Below the pieces are notes generated by a model. It saw only the letters and a list, made by a program, of their open reading frames with translations, searched no databases and was not told where the DNA came from. This document shows, one piece after another, positions 16,046 to 26,048 of a stretch of 56,220 bases of DNA. The first letter of the stretch is position 1, and each line of letters begins with the position of its first letter. Made by a program: the position numbers and the translations under genes. The stretch is from a virus, in the IMG/VR virus record IMGVR_UViG_3300028422_000156; one strand, 5' to 3'.

Positions 16046-17136
16046 TTATGCAACCGTATATCTTATGTAACGATCTTGACCCGAAGACTGAGAATCAATT
16101 CTACGAAGCAATCAAGCAACCTTTCGTAACTAAGGCAGCACTACTTCCAGATGCTCATCTTGGATATGATGCACCTATTGGTTCTGTCATTGAGACTAAA
16201 GGTGTCGTGTGTCCATCCTGGGTAGGCTATGACATCGGGTGCGGTGTTGAGGCAATCTGCTTTAACATTGACTACCTTAAGATAATGGATAAACTTCCTG
16301 AGATTGTGTCTGGAATACGTGCCACTCTTTCTGACCGTGAGTATCGTCGTGAACAGTTTGGTGCGGACAGGATCTATAAACTGCTGACACAGGATGGTAA
16401 AGAAATCTTTGATAGGCGTGGAGCAGCTAAGCAGCTTGGCACTATCGGATCTGGAAACCACTTCGTAGACCTATCGTATTCTGAAAGAACCGGCTCGTTG
16501 TATTGTGTTGTTCACTCTGGATCTCGTGGTCTTGGTCATGGTATCGGTGAGCACTATATGTCGAACTTCGACAAATTCCTTGGGATGGATTCACCAGAAG
16601 CTAAAGACTATTTCAAGGATGCATTCGCTGCCACTATGTTCGCTCATTACAGTCGTGGTGCAATGGTTGATTGTGTCCAGGCAGTTGTTGAGTCTGCTAT
16701 CGGGAAGTACCTATTCATTGACGAGTCTCGTACAGCAAGACGTAACCACAATACCCACCACATTACCTTGGATGGATCTGGTGTAGTTCACCGAAAAGGA
16801 ACGATCCACGCCTACAAAGGTTGCCTGTGTCCTATCCCTGGAAACATGGCCTATGGTACGGTTCTTGTCCGTGGTATGGGTAATCCGGATACACTCGAAT
16901 CCTGTAGTCATGGTGCAGGTAGGTCGAAGAGTCGGGGAGAAGCTAAGCGGTCGGCTGATGAAATTGAGTTCAAAGGGCAGATGGGTGACATCATTGTTCC
17001 TGGAGAACTTATGAGTTATGCTGACGAGAATCCTAACGGTTACAAGGATATGGCTGAAGTTATGGGCCAGCAGTACAACATAACCTGTACCTACACTGAT
17101 ACACTTTTACCGCTTGCGGTAATTAAGGGGAAATGA
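16042..17136 (+). CDS. rtcB: RtcB-family RNA ligase (3'-phosphate/5'-hydroxyl)
   Basis: PDAHLGYD, GSGNHF, HSGSRGLGH and CSHGAGR motifs. The start is either TTG 16042 or ATG 16048. Confidence 0.9.
   Translation: MIMQPYILCNDLDPKTENQFYEAIKQPFVTKAALLPDAHLGYDAPIGSVIETKGVVCPSWVGYDIGCGVEAICFNIDYLKIMDKLPEIVSGIRATLSDREYRREQFGADRIYKLLTQDGKEIFDRRGAAKQLGTIGSGNHFVDLSYSERTGSLYCVVHSGSRGLGHGIGEHYMSNFDKFLGMDSPEAKDYFKDAFAATMFAHYSRGAMVDCVQAVVESAIGKYLFIDESRTARRNHNTHHITLDGSGVVHRKGTIHAYKGCLCPIPGNMAYGTVLVRGMGNPDTLESCSHGAGRSKSRGEAKRSADEIEFKGQMGDIIVPGELMSYADENPNGYKDMAEVMGQQYNITCTYTDTLLPLAVIKGK
16559..16573 (+). repeat. 15-bp palindrome family copy 10 (TGTCGAACTTCGACA)
   Basis: Exact match inside rtcB, read as M-S-N-F-D-K. 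Confidence 0.9.
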
Positions 17137-17137
17137 T

Positions 17138-17347
17138 ATGGCTACCAGCATACGTCGACAAGTGACTATCATAGTCGAGTCAAAGTATTTTGATGACGAG
17201 GGTATCGGTAGAACACTTACGGTGATGAGTAAATATCCGGGACAAGCTGACATCGCGGTCAGGACCAGTAAGGTCAGTATGACTCACAATGAACTCAAGA
17301 CGCTGAGGGAAGCTATTAATGCTTACTTTGGTGAGGTAGGAGAATAA
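17138..17347 (+). CDS. Hypothetical protein
   Basis: 69-aa ORF with SD AAGGGGAAA upstream. Confidence 0.5.
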   Translation: MATSIRRQVTIIVESKYFDDEGIGRTLTVMSKYPGQADIAVRTSKVSMTHNELKTLREAINAYFGEVGE

Positions 17348-17348
17348 C

Positions 17349-17570
17349 ATGGCAACACAAATAGCGTTTGATATAAAGATGAGGAAGCAAATATGTGCTT
17401 TCGATGACAGTGAGACTCGAAGAGAGATGATGTCTATTAAGTACGATACCTCTGAAGATGCTGTCCTTATAGAGCATGACGGGTATGAGTTCTGGATTAC
17501 CGAAGGTAACCTTGAAGTCATGTATCAGATGATCTCTGAGTACCTTTATGGTGGAGTCCTGAAACCTTAA
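17349..17570 (+). CDS. Hypothetical protein
   Basis: 73-aa ORF with SD GGAGAA upstream. Confidence 0.5.
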   Translation: MATQIAFDIKMRKQICAFDDSETRREMMSIKYDTSEDAVLIEHDGYEFWITEGNLEVMYQMISEYLYGGVLKP

Positions 17571-17725
17571 TGGTACTACAGAGTAGAGACTCAGATTACA
17601 TAAGTCCTTTTGAGCTTGACCTATCTGTGATACTGATGTGGGAACTTATTGTACTTCTTGGTATTATATTATTTGGTGCGGTAGCAGCTTTAGGTTTATT
17701 AGTCTATAGTATTATTATTATGTAA
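17570..17725 (+). CDS. Mini membrane protein (51 aa)
   Basis: TAATG coupling. One strong TM segment: LIVLLGIILFGAVAALGLLVYSIII. Confidence 0.4.
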   Translation: MVLQSRDSDYISPFELDLSVILMWELIVLLGIILFGAVAALGLLVYSIIIM

Positions 17726-17732
17726 ACACAAG

Positions 17733-17770
17733 AAAGCCCCAGGAGTCTAATGATTCCTGGGGCCTTTTTA
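17733..17770. terminator. Bidirectional intrinsic terminator at the convergence of the two arms
   Basis: GCCCCAGGA / TCCTGGGGC stem, flanked by AAGAAA on the left and CTTTTTATTT on the right. Confidence 0.75.
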
Positions 17771-17772
17771 TT

Positions 17773-17787
17773 TGTCGAAGTTCGACA
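17773..17787 (-). repeat. 15-bp palindrome family copy 11 (TGTCGAAGTTCGACA)
   Basis: Exact match between the terminator and the stop of the last leftward gene. Flanks TT..TT. Confidence 0.9.
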
Positions 17788-17792
17788 TTATG

Positions 17793-18068
17793 TTACACGA
17801 ATTTCAAAGCTATGGGAATGATTCCAACTGCAAGTGCCAGTGCTCCACTGACCTTATACATAAACTTTTCCGATGCCATCTGTCGTTTCTCAAGTGCTTC
17901 GATACGTTCGTAATCCCTCCGAAGTCCTTCCATCTGCTCGTTAAGCTTCGCAATACATACCTGGAGCTTAGCTTGCCCCTCAGTAAGTTTCTCTGCTAAT
18001 ACCTCTACTCGCTTAAAGGAATCCGTTACAAACTCATGTGCTGCACAATCTGCCGGGGTGCATGTCAT
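17793..18068 (-). CDS. Hypothetical coiled-coil protein with a C-terminal TM anchor
   Basis: 91 aa. It ends in VSGALALAVGIIPIALKFV and is the last gene of the leftward arm. Confidence 0.5.
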   Translation of the reverse strand: MTCTPADCAAHEFVTDSFKRVEVLAEKLTEGQAKLQVCIAKLNEQMEGLRRDYERIEALEKRQMASEKFMYKVSGALALAVGIIPIALKFV

Positions 18069-18071
18069 ATT

Positions 18072-19562
18072 TTACTCCGTGTAGGTAATGGCGATCTTGA
18101 ATGGTTTACTCAAGATACTGCCGCTGTTGGTTGCATGATTCTTTACCGTTACATTGGTCGGATCTACAGCCACGCTAAACTGATAACCCGCTGTGCCTTG
18201 ATGCTCTTGTGGTACTCGATACCCTGTGCTATACTCTACTGTTCCAGAGATATGAATGATCTTGGTAGAGTCCAGACTATGAGCATACGTGACACTCGAT
18301 CCCTGAGAAGCTCCGGTGGTTCCTTCTACAATCTTCTGACGAATAACAGCACCCTCTGTAGTGATTGTAGTCGCCTGGAAGATACCACTGAATGCACTCT
18401 GAATCTTTACGGCAGTTGCCGCACCCTGATAGATTATAAACCTCCCTACTAGAATTGCGTGCTTACGAATTATATCTGGTAGATCTGTAGGAAGTTGTGC
18501 TGCCTCGGCATCAACTACACTTGCATATTGATTACCCATGATATAGTAACCGTGCTCTTCATTCTGATCGACACCCATAAAGAACCAAGCTACTGTGTAC
18601 TTAGCGACACCGAGGGTAGCCACATTTGTACCATTATCATACTGAGTGTTGCTGTACTGCGCTACAGTAGTCTCTGTCCAAACACCAGCAACATGCGCCC
18701 ACCTTCGAAGCAAGTGCATATCACTTAAGAAAGATGGTGTGGTTGCTCGTGTCACTCCGTACCAAACTTTCCCTTCCGTAATACCCACGTTCCTGGTGCC
18801 ATACTCATATAGCATCAATCCATCATACTCTTCCCGGACAAAGCGATTCTGCTTAATACACCTGTTCAAAAGTTTACTTGCAAGACCATCACCAATAGAA
18901 CCCCATGTAAGGTCATGGAGTGCAGTACCTTGCCTATAGATGGTGAGTACCGGAATAACACTACTGAAATTAATCTCGTCTAGTGTAGTGGTAGCTCGAT
19001 AGATAGGGGAACCACTGTTCCAATCAACTACAACATAGTTCACTGAGTTATCGGTGAGTGCAAGGCTTGTATTAGGGGCAATGTCATACCTAATCATCTG
19101 ACCAACGAAATCATCTGTGGTCTTCAGAATACACACGCAACTTGAGATACTGATTGACCCATCTACGTTATCAGCATGTGTCGGGAAATCTCCTGTTACA
19201 CCTGGAGTGAATCCTTCACCAACACCTACGTTTGCTGCTGGATCGGTGACCTCTTGCCACAAAGATACTCCAACTCTTAACGGTCGGAATCTGACGTATA
19301 CATTAGCGTTATTACCAACACCTACTACACGGAAGTATACACCTTCCTCAGATAGAGAGATCTTACGGTAGGTATCAGCGATGAAGATGAGTCCTGGGTA
19401 GTCAGCCCACTCAGGTTCGGTCAATAGATTTGTCTTAGGCACAAGGTACTGTATCTTAACGTAACCACTTGTCAACCCTTGTATGATAAACTCACACGCA
19501 CCAATAGCAGGAAACTTATCTCCTGTTCCGTCAGTTGCTAAATAATTATCGTAGTCGCTCAT
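18072..19562 (-). CDS. Tail fibre / tailspike-like protein
   Basis: 496-aa ORF at the end of the structural arm. The call rests on position and size; no motif was recognised. Confidence 0.45.
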   Translation of the reverse strand: MSDYDNYLATDGTGDKFPAIGACEFIIQGLTSGYVKIQYLVPKTNLLTEPEWADYPGLIFIADTYRKISLSEEGVYFRVVGVGNNANVYVRFRPLRVGVSLWQEVTDPAANVGVGEGFTPGVTGDFPTHADNVDGSISISSCVCILKTTDDFVGQMIRYDIAPNTSLALTDNSVNYVVVDWNSGSPIYRATTTLDEINFSSVIPVLTIYRQGTALHDLTWGSIGDGLASKLLNRCIKQNRFVREEYDGLMLYEYGTRNVGITEGKVWYGVTRATTPSFLSDMHLLRRWAHVAGVWTETTVAQYSNTQYDNGTNVATLGVAKYTVAWFFMGVDQNEEHGYYIMGNQYASVVDAEAAQLPTDLPDIIRKHAILVGRFIIYQGAATAVKIQSAFSGIFQATTITTEGAVIRQKIVEGTTGASQGSSVTYAHSLDSTKIIHISGTVEYSTGYRVPQEHQGTAGYQFSVAVDPTNVTVKNHATNSGSILSKPFKIAITYTE

Positions 19563-19729
19563 TTGATTGCCTTTTTAATACCAGACGATGCCACACCAGA
19601 TCCGGCGAGTCCAGCGATACCGGTGATAGCGATCATCGCAAGATTAGTATCAGGAGCCAAGGCTGCTATGGCAGCGATAGCCACCATAGCGATACCCTTC
19701 TCAATAATGTGTGCAAATAATTCGATCAT
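19559..19729 (-). CDS. Small membrane protein (56 aa; too short for the supplied ORF track)
   Basis: MIELFAHIIEKGIAMVAIAAIAALAPDTNLAMIAITGIAGLAGSG. SD GAGGGG upstream, with ATGA coupling to the next gene. Confidence 0.45.
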   Translation of the reverse strand: MIELFAHIIEKGIAMVAIAAIAALAPDTNLAMIAITGIAGLAGSGVASSGIKKAIK

Positions 19730-19730
19730 A

Positions 19731-22700
19731 CTATCCCCTCTTTTTCTCGATTGCTTTCTTCCTATATCGTTTCATTGCTCTGGAGATACTGTCCTGAGTG
19801 ATAGCTTTCTGTCCGAGTTCTTTGGCAAGAGTATTGTACTCCTTCCGAAGCTCACGAAACCTTTTCATATCCTCAGGATCTCTGGATAATGTAGCATCCT
19901 TTAGTGCTCCAAACAATGTCTCACGTCTTCGGGAGAGTCTTCGGTCTGCACCAGCATCGCTGAACCTAGACCAGATCAACTTACCGAAGGCCGGAATCTC
20001 TTGTATTGTCTTCCACTTAGGAGCATCTTTCTCATCACCTGTAATACTTTGCTTGATCTTATCAAGTGAATCAAAGAAAGGCTTATCTAAGAATCCGGTA
20101 GGAGGTGCGAACATCCTTGCCATAGTCTCACCAAATCCTGTACCAGACCCAAGACCTTCGATATTGTACCGACTAGCCATAAATAACTTCAGAACATTGT
20201 CGAGTACCTTATCACCAAAGTTTACCTCATTACCCATAAGCAACTCTCTGATAGCATCAGCACCAGCACCAGCCATTGATAGAAGAGCAACACTTGAGAT
20301 TAACTTCATAGCAGCAGGTACAGCACCCTTCTCACGATACACACGTCGAGTATCCCGGATCAAGTTATTGAACGTCTTGAGTGTCCAGGACTTCAGTGCA
20401 TACAGGAGTCGCATGTTGCCACCCTCCAGGTAACCGATAGGCATATCAGTTGGGAACAAAGGTCTTACGTTGGCAAGCTCAATGAAAGCAAACTCACGCA
20501 ACAGAGGATTCGCTTTGTTCTTATTCTTCAATGCATCATACAGCTCTGGAAGCTCTTCCGCAGTAAATACATTCTCCCACTTCTTAGAGAAATCCTCGAA
20601 GCTCATAGAAGCACCCCGGTTGATAGCAGCTTGCATACCGGCACCAGCAAAGAATCCGTCGACTGCCTCGAACCCTGTGTACTTCAACACTGTATCCAAA
20701 GCCTTTGACGTAACCTTGGAACCACTGATGTCCTTTAGTGCAGTATGAATATCAGTGTCAGCTTTAGTCATTACCTTAGACTCAGAAAGAGCTTTAAGTG
20801 TAGCAGTAATACCATACTCGTTAATCAGAGGTGCAATATCAGAAAGCTGAGTGACGGTAGATCCAATCTGAGATAGCGCACTGGTAAGCGACAGATCCTT
20901 CAGACTAGCAAACCCACGAGTCATGTGCTTCTGGTTGAACCTTGCCCGGAGTGCAGCAATCGCCATGTTCTGATGAGGAATGCTGATACCATTCTCAAGT
21001 ACAGTCTTAAGCCACTCTGAGATTTCACCTTCACTTGTGACTTCATTCTGAGCCATAGCTTTAGTTAGAGAGTCAATCACCTGGAGATCCTCTTCCGACT
21101 TGATCAACTTCTTATTGAGTGCATCCAATCTCTTCTGATTAGCAGCAAGCTTACTTGTGCCAATAACCTTCCGCTGTTCGATGGCCTCAGTAGCTTCCCT
21201 GATGTGGGAATCAAGAGCCTCTAGCGGACTGTAGTAGAACTTATCTACCATCGTATTATCAACAGACCAGATCGTACGTCCTTTAGCTGACCCAGGATTC
21301 ATAAGCATCCCTGGCATATACCCACGCTCAAGCATCTGACGATACATTGCCTGTGCTTCCGACAAACTAAGCCGAGGGTTACCAGTGATCTTCTGGAGTT
21401 CCTTAATGAGTGCGTCGCCCTTCCCAAGATCCTTGGAGATGTACTCCATCAAACCATCAAGATCCTTAACTCGACGTGGGAAATAGTAGCGCATATCCTT
21501 ACCTGCACCAAGAAGACCAACAGCAACAAACTCATTCTTGATCTCTTCGATAACAGACTCTACTTTGCTCCATGCATTCAGAGCTTTAGTGTCAGTACCG
21601 ATTACATCCTTGAGTGCCTGTCGATGTCCAGCGTCATTGTAGTTAGCAATAGCTAGATCAACAACTTGCTTGTCCTCTTTTCCAAGTTCGGAGTACCACT
21701 CCTTAAACTCTCTGACGTTCTCCTGACGTTGCTTAACTCGATCCATTACCTTAGCTTCGAACCTACGGACAACACCATACAACTTAGGAGAGATCCGCTC
21801 AAGAACACCAGCAGCATTCTCGACATAGGTTTGTGCCCACTTAGACAACCGACCTTTAGCTGCGGCAATCTTACTACCTTCACCAAAAGCTTTATCGACA
21901 ATAGACCTCTGATCCTGCTCTTGTGCGTAGGATGTTGCACCTTCAGTAATAGTCTCTGCCTTCTGGTTAAGCTCTTCTTGTGTGTATTCCTTGGTCTTTC
22001 TGGGCTTTCCAGGTTCAGTCTGACCTACGGTATTCTCTAGCTCTGAAACTGCTGAGGAAGGTTCTACCGTGCTCCTACGTTCGAAATCTGCACGTTCCTG
22101 TACTTTCTCTTCGAAGGCTTGTCTTACAGCCTCATTCACAGCGGCACGATCCTTAGCAGCCATAGCAACAAACAGGTTGTTGGAGTTAGGGTAAGTCTTC
22201 TCTGCCATCGGCTGAACTAGCTCAGCTACACGTTTGGTAATCCCAAGCTTCTTTGTGATGCTAGAGATCTGTGCAGGGGCTACATCCTGGACCCTATCAA
22301 TTTCTGCACGCTCACCAGGAAATTGTCGATCTTCGACATTCTTTAGTTCCTCAGGGGTAAAAGGAGCATTCAAGTCCGGAGCAGTTTGAGGCGCAGGTTC
22401 TAGTGACCCATCTTCGTTATGCATTTCCGTATTTGTTTCGGGAGATATAGAAGTTGTGGGTGCCGATGGTACTATAGTATTACTTATGTTACCTTGTGTT
22501 ATACTTGTGTTATCTTGTGAGGTATTAACCCCCTCTCCCCTTAATATAATCTTAGTCCTTTCCTCCTCTATAGTATCCTTAACTATATTCCTGAAAGTAG
22601 TCTGTCCTACCTTAGTTACTCCTTCAACCATAGAGGTTACTGGTGCTCCGGTGATCCTCTCCATCTTAGACTTAACCTGATCAACAATACCACTATTCAC

Positions 22701-24371
22701 TACCTCTTTAACTAAAGTACCTGTGTTAGCAGTGATGTCCTTAGCTATCGAGTCGATCTTAGAGAACTCCGGAGGTTCGATGCCTTCAAGACTAGCTACC
22801 TGCTCAGCACTGAGTCCAGTCTCCTGACGAGGAATAATAACCTTCTCACCTGCTCCCATACGCTGTTGAGCCTGAGCTACCTGCTGTTCAGCCGTAAGTG
22901 GTTCTTGTGTTACCTCTTGGGTTACCTGAGGATTCTCAAGAGTCAGTGGTTGCTGTGCGACCTCTTGAGTTGCTGCCTGAGGTAATGGTCCTTGTTCTGC
23001 TGGAGGGATGTTCTCTTGAGCTTGCCCCTGTTGCTGTACCGCTTGTTCTTGATTGGTAACTTGTCCTTCAACTCCTCCTCCTCCTTCCAATGGTTGCTGT
23101 GCAACCTCCTCTCTTACTTGTGCTTCTTGTTCAGTCTCCAGTCTCAAAGGGGTCTCAGCGAGTACATCAGTTGCCGTAGACTCTTCAGTGGTGACTGTAG
23201 GCATATCCTGCACTGGTGCTTCCACTTGTTCTTCCTGGGAGTTAGGTCGGGTAATAGGTGCCAACTCTACCTGAGGGAGATTCTCTAGCTCCTTGATCTT
23301 ATCCCTAAGTTCTGGAGTCTGAGTAACCTCTACCTGATCAACAAACCCAAGGTCCGCAAGTTGCTGCATAGCCTCTTGTTCAGTCTCAGGTACACGGGTG
23401 CGGGTTCCAGTTGCACTAGAGATACCACCACCGATTACACCACCAGTAATACCAGCACCAGCAGCTTCCTTAAGCCAGCCACCAAGCTTAGGTTTGATGT
23501 ACTCAACAATATCCGGAACAGAGTAGCCTTGTGCTGCTTTCTCCCAGAATGTAGTCTGTACCTGATCGGAGAAGCTCTGGGTAAACTCAGTCCCACCTTC
23601 AGCTAAGAAACCTTTGAATGCTCTGGTTCCTATTGTTCCTACAGGTTTGAGAATCGCATCGAGACCAGCAGCTTCCAGTACAGTATTAAGAGCAAAGTTA
23701 GTAGCGGCGGCACCAGCAGCAGCAAATTTATCTCCATTGGTCTCCTTAAGAACATCCTCATAGGTACGTGCGGTTCCTTCTGCACTCAATACAGCAGAAC
23801 CAACAAGAGATCCAGCTACTCCACCAATAGGCATACCTACGGCCATTGGTGTCATCTTACCTACTTGGTAGTTCCAGTACAGAGGATTCAAGGCGAGGGA
23901 AGGGTTGTCGATAATGTTGGTCTCAAACCCCTGAACCTTATAATCTTCTGCCTTCTTACTCCAAAACTCCTTACGCTTCTCAGCCTCTTCTGCACCAGCC
24001 TCATAACCTAAAGCACTGTATAGTCCTTGTGTTCCGGCATAGTATGCATAAGCTGTACCAGCAATAGCAGTAGGTATACCAGACCCTTTGAAAGTTTGTG
24101 CTGTTTCGTCTACTGCTGCATTCAAAGATCCAGGAGTAAACTCAGGCATACCATACACATCCATTGGCTCAGGTGCTTTTTGTCGAACATCGACATTATC
24201 AGTTTGGTTAATACCAGAAACCTCAGGACCGACTTGCGATACCTGAGGTTCGGAGAGAAACTTATCAAAACCTGTACCAGTGGAAAGCTCAGTAGCTTGA
24301 GTCTCTTGTGGTGTAGTTTCAATAGGAGTTTCTTCAGTAGTTACTTGTCCTAAGAAATCTTCGAATGACAT
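19731..24371 (-). CDS. Giant virion-associated (internal/ejection-type) protein, 1546 aa
   Basis: Occupies the position that gp16 holds in the T7 gene order. It has a Q/E/T-rich low-complexity stretch and Gly/Ala-rich hydrophobic segments. Confidence 0.5.
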   Translation of the reverse strand: MSFEDFLGQVTTEETPIETTPQETQATELSTGTGFDKFLSEPQVSQVGPEVSGINQTDNVDVRQKAPEPMDVYGMPEFTPGSLNAAVDETAQTFKGSGIPTAIAGTAYAYYAGTQGLYSALGYEAGAEEAEKRKEFWSKKAEDYKVQGFETNIIDNPSLALNPLYWNYQVGKMTPMAVGMPIGGVAGSLVGSAVLSAEGTARTYEDVLKETNGDKFAAAGAAATNFALNTVLEAAGLDAILKPVGTIGTRAFKGFLAEGGTEFTQSFSDQVQTTFWEKAAQGYSVPDIVEYIKPKLGGWLKEAAGAGITGGVIGGGISSATGTRTRVPETEQEAMQQLADLGFVDQVEVTQTPELRDKIKELENLPQVELAPITRPNSQEEQVEAPVQDMPTVTTEESTATDVLAETPLRLETEQEAQVREEVAQQPLEGGGGVEGQVTNQEQAVQQQGQAQENIPPAEQGPLPQAATQEVAQQPLTLENPQVTQEVTQEPLTAEQQVAQAQQRMGAGEKVIIPRQETGLSAEQVASLEGIEPPEFSKIDSIAKDITANTGTLVKEVVNSGIVDQVKSKMERITGAPVTSMVEGVTKVGQTTFRNIVKDTIEEERTKIILRGEGVNTSQDNTSITQGNISNTIVPSAPTTSISPETNTEMHNEDGSLEPAPQTAPDLNAPFTPEELKNVEDRQFPGERAEIDRVQDVAPAQISSITKKLGITKRVAELVQPMAEKTYPNSNNLFVAMAAKDRAAVNEAVRQAFEEKVQERADFERRSTVEPSSAVSELENTVGQTEPGKPRKTKEYTQEELNQKAETITEGATSYAQEQDQRSIVDKAFGEGSKIAAAKGRLSKWAQTYVENAAGVLERISPKLYGVVRRFEAKVMDRVKQRQENVREFKEWYSELGKEDKQVVDLAIANYNDAGHRQALKDVIGTDTKALNAWSKVESVIEEIKNEFVAVGLLGAGKDMRYYFPRRVKDLDGLMEYISKDLGKGDALIKELQKITGNPRLSLSEAQAMYRQMLERGYMPGMLMNPGSAKGRTIWSVDNTMVDKFYYSPLEALDSHIREATEAIEQRKVIGTSKLAANQKRLDALNKKLIKSEEDLQVIDSLTKAMAQNEVTSEGEISEWLKTVLENGISIPHQNMAIAALRARFNQKHMTRGFASLKDLSLTSALSQIGSTVTQLSDIAPLINEYGITATLKALSESKVMTKADTDIHTALKDISGSKVTSKALDTVLKYTGFEAVDGFFAGAGMQAAINRGASMSFEDFSKKWENVFTAEELPELYDALKNKNKANPLLREFAFIELANVRPLFPTDMPIGYLEGGNMRLLYALKSWTLKTFNNLIRDTRRVYREKGAVPAAMKLISSVALLSMAGAGADAIRELLMGNEVNFGDKVLDNVLKLFMASRYNIEGLGSGTGFGETMARMFAPPTGFLDKPFFDSLDKIKQSITGDEKDAPKWKTIQEIPAFGKLIWSRFSDAGADRRLSRRRETLFGALKDATLSRDPEDMKRFRELRKEYNTLAKELGQKAITQDSISRAMKRYRKKAIEKKRG
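22324..22338 (-). repeat. 15-bp palindrome family copy 12 (TGTCGATCTTCGACA)
   Basis: Exact match inside the 1546-aa ORF, read as V-E-D-R-Q on the - strand. Confidence 0.9.
24181..24195 (-). repeat. 15-bp palindrome family copy 13 (TGTCGAACATCGACA)
   Basis: Exact match about 180 nt inside the 1546-aa ORF, read as V-D-V-R-Q. Confidence 0.9.
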
Positions 24372-24386
24372 TTATTCTCCTTAGAC

Positions 24387-25313
24387 TTATTTGTAGGTAT
24401 AAGCTGCGAACCCTTCGTTACCACCAAAACCCATGATAGATGTGCCTTCATCGTACGACAAGTACCCTGCTGCTACACCATAGTTAAGAAGTTTTGTCTT
24501 CTCTTGTTTCGAAAGGCTTTGGCTGTTAGTAATGAAAGCGATGGGATCATTCTGTTGCATAGCTAACTGGAGGGAAGAATCGATTTGCTTTGCTTCCTTC
24601 AAAGTAGCGCTACTAGAGATCAAAGAGTTAGCTTTTGCTGCATTCACAGACTCAAGGTCCGATAGCTTACCGACAATAGATGCAAGTTTATATGCCTCTA
24701 TGTCTTCTTTCTTATTACCAGTGATTGTATCAAGCTCACCTGAGTTATATTGAGTGCTGACCTTACTCAAATCTTTTGTGATAGTTTTCTCAATATCGCT
24801 CATCTGCTTATCTTGAGCCTTGCTGGTAGCTAATTCATTACGTTTGATTGCACGAGTCTCTGCCTCCACTTGTCTCTTGGCAGCACGTTCATCATCCAGT
24901 TTCGCTTTTTTCAGTTGAGTTTGAGAAGACAATGCAGCATTAGCAGCCGACTGAGCATTTGCTGACTGCTGACGAGCCATAGCTGCTGCGCTCTGCATAC
25001 CTTGGAGCTTAATAGCCTGATCATATCCACGTTGTTCTTTATCCATCGCAATCTCTTCAGGACCACGAAGGGCTGCTCGCTGTGTCTCATCCATTCCAGC
25101 GGCTTGCTCTCTTGTTACCATCAAACCAGTAGTAGGATCAATACCTGCATCCTGCATCATAGTCTTAGCTCGTTCCAAATTAACCTGTCGATTGTACTGA
25201 GCATCGGCCTTCATCTGCTCCATAGCGAATGCTCGATTCTCCTTTAGGATACCGTGGTATTCCTCCAGGCCACCACCGACAGTCCCTAGTAAACCTGCTG
25301 CGAGTGCGTTCAT
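24387..25313 (-). CDS. Hypothetical virion protein
   Basis: 308-aa ORF, coiled-coil and Q/A-rich, in the structural arm. Confidence 0.5.
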   Translation of the reverse strand: MNALAAGLLGTVGGGLEEYHGILKENRAFAMEQMKADAQYNRQVNLERAKTMMQDAGIDPTTGLMVTREQAAGMDETQRAALRGPEEIAMDKEQRGYDQAIKLQGMQSAAAMARQQSANAQSAANAALSSQTQLKKAKLDDERAAKRQVEAETRAIKRNELATSKAQDKQMSDIEKTITKDLSKVSTQYNSGELDTITGNKKEDIEAYKLASIVGKLSDLESVNAAKANSLISSSATLKEAKQIDSSLQLAMQQNDPIAFITNSQSLSKQEKTKLLNYGVAAGYLSYDEGTSIMGFGGNEGFAAYTYK

Positions 25314-26047
25314 TACTTACTACCTCCCATCTGCTGCATTACCAGAGCTTGACGTGCTTGCTGATCCTGCTGTTGTTTAGCCTTACCTGCCTGTTGCTTC
25401 TGGACTTCAGCCATAGTCTCCCTTCTGGTTACAATCTGCTGCTGCTGCATAATCTGAGCTTGAGATGGTGCGTGAGGAATTCCGTTCTGCTGTGCAAGAT
25501 ACTGACCACCTACACGTTGATTCTGATTCATAATCTTCTCACCAGTCAACTGAAGTTCAATAGGATCGATAGTTCCATCCTTCAGGCCACGTTGGATATA
25601 CATCTGAAGACTGTCTTGGTATAGAGGCCCGAAGTCATCCTTAGTTACTTTGAACAACCCGTACGAATTACCGATCTCCATCAGATCACCTACGAGGTAT
25701 TGGGATGCAAGGAACTGAGTGTTGATGTCTACTTTCCCACCACCTTGCTGGATCTGGTTAGCAGCAGCATCATTGATTGCCATAGCTGCTTGAGGGATCG
25801 TCATATAAGGGTCTTTAGAACTCCCAAGGATTCCAATAACATCATCCCGTGTCTTAGGACTATGCATGAGATTCATAAGCAAGGAAGTATAATCCTCCAT
25901 CTTACCCTTCATCTCTGCTGATAATTGCTGACCCTCAGGGTTCTGCTGCTGTTGCTGCTGAGAAACCTGGGCCTCTTGCTGAGACACAGGCTCTCCGGTT
26001 CCACCAGTTTCCATCTGAGAGTTCATCTGTACTTGACTCAATTCCAT
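25313..26047 (-). CDS. Hypothetical Q-rich virion protein
   Basis: I chose the start at ATG 26047, which follows a GGGAGAGG SD. The termini are poly-Q rich. Confidence 0.5.
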   Translation of the reverse strand: MELSQVQMNSQMETGGTGEPVSQQEAQVSQQQQQQNPEGQQLSAEMKGKMEDYTSLLMNLMHSPKTRDDVIGILGSSKDPYMTIPQAAMAINDAAANQIQQGGGKVDINTQFLASQYLVGDLMEIGNSYGLFKVTKDDFGPLYQDSLQMYIQRGLKDGTIDPIELQLTGEKIMNQNQRVGGQYLAQQNGIPHAPSQAQIMQQQQIVTRRETMAEVQKQQAGKAKQQQDQQARQALVMQQMGGSK

Positions 26048-26048
26048 A

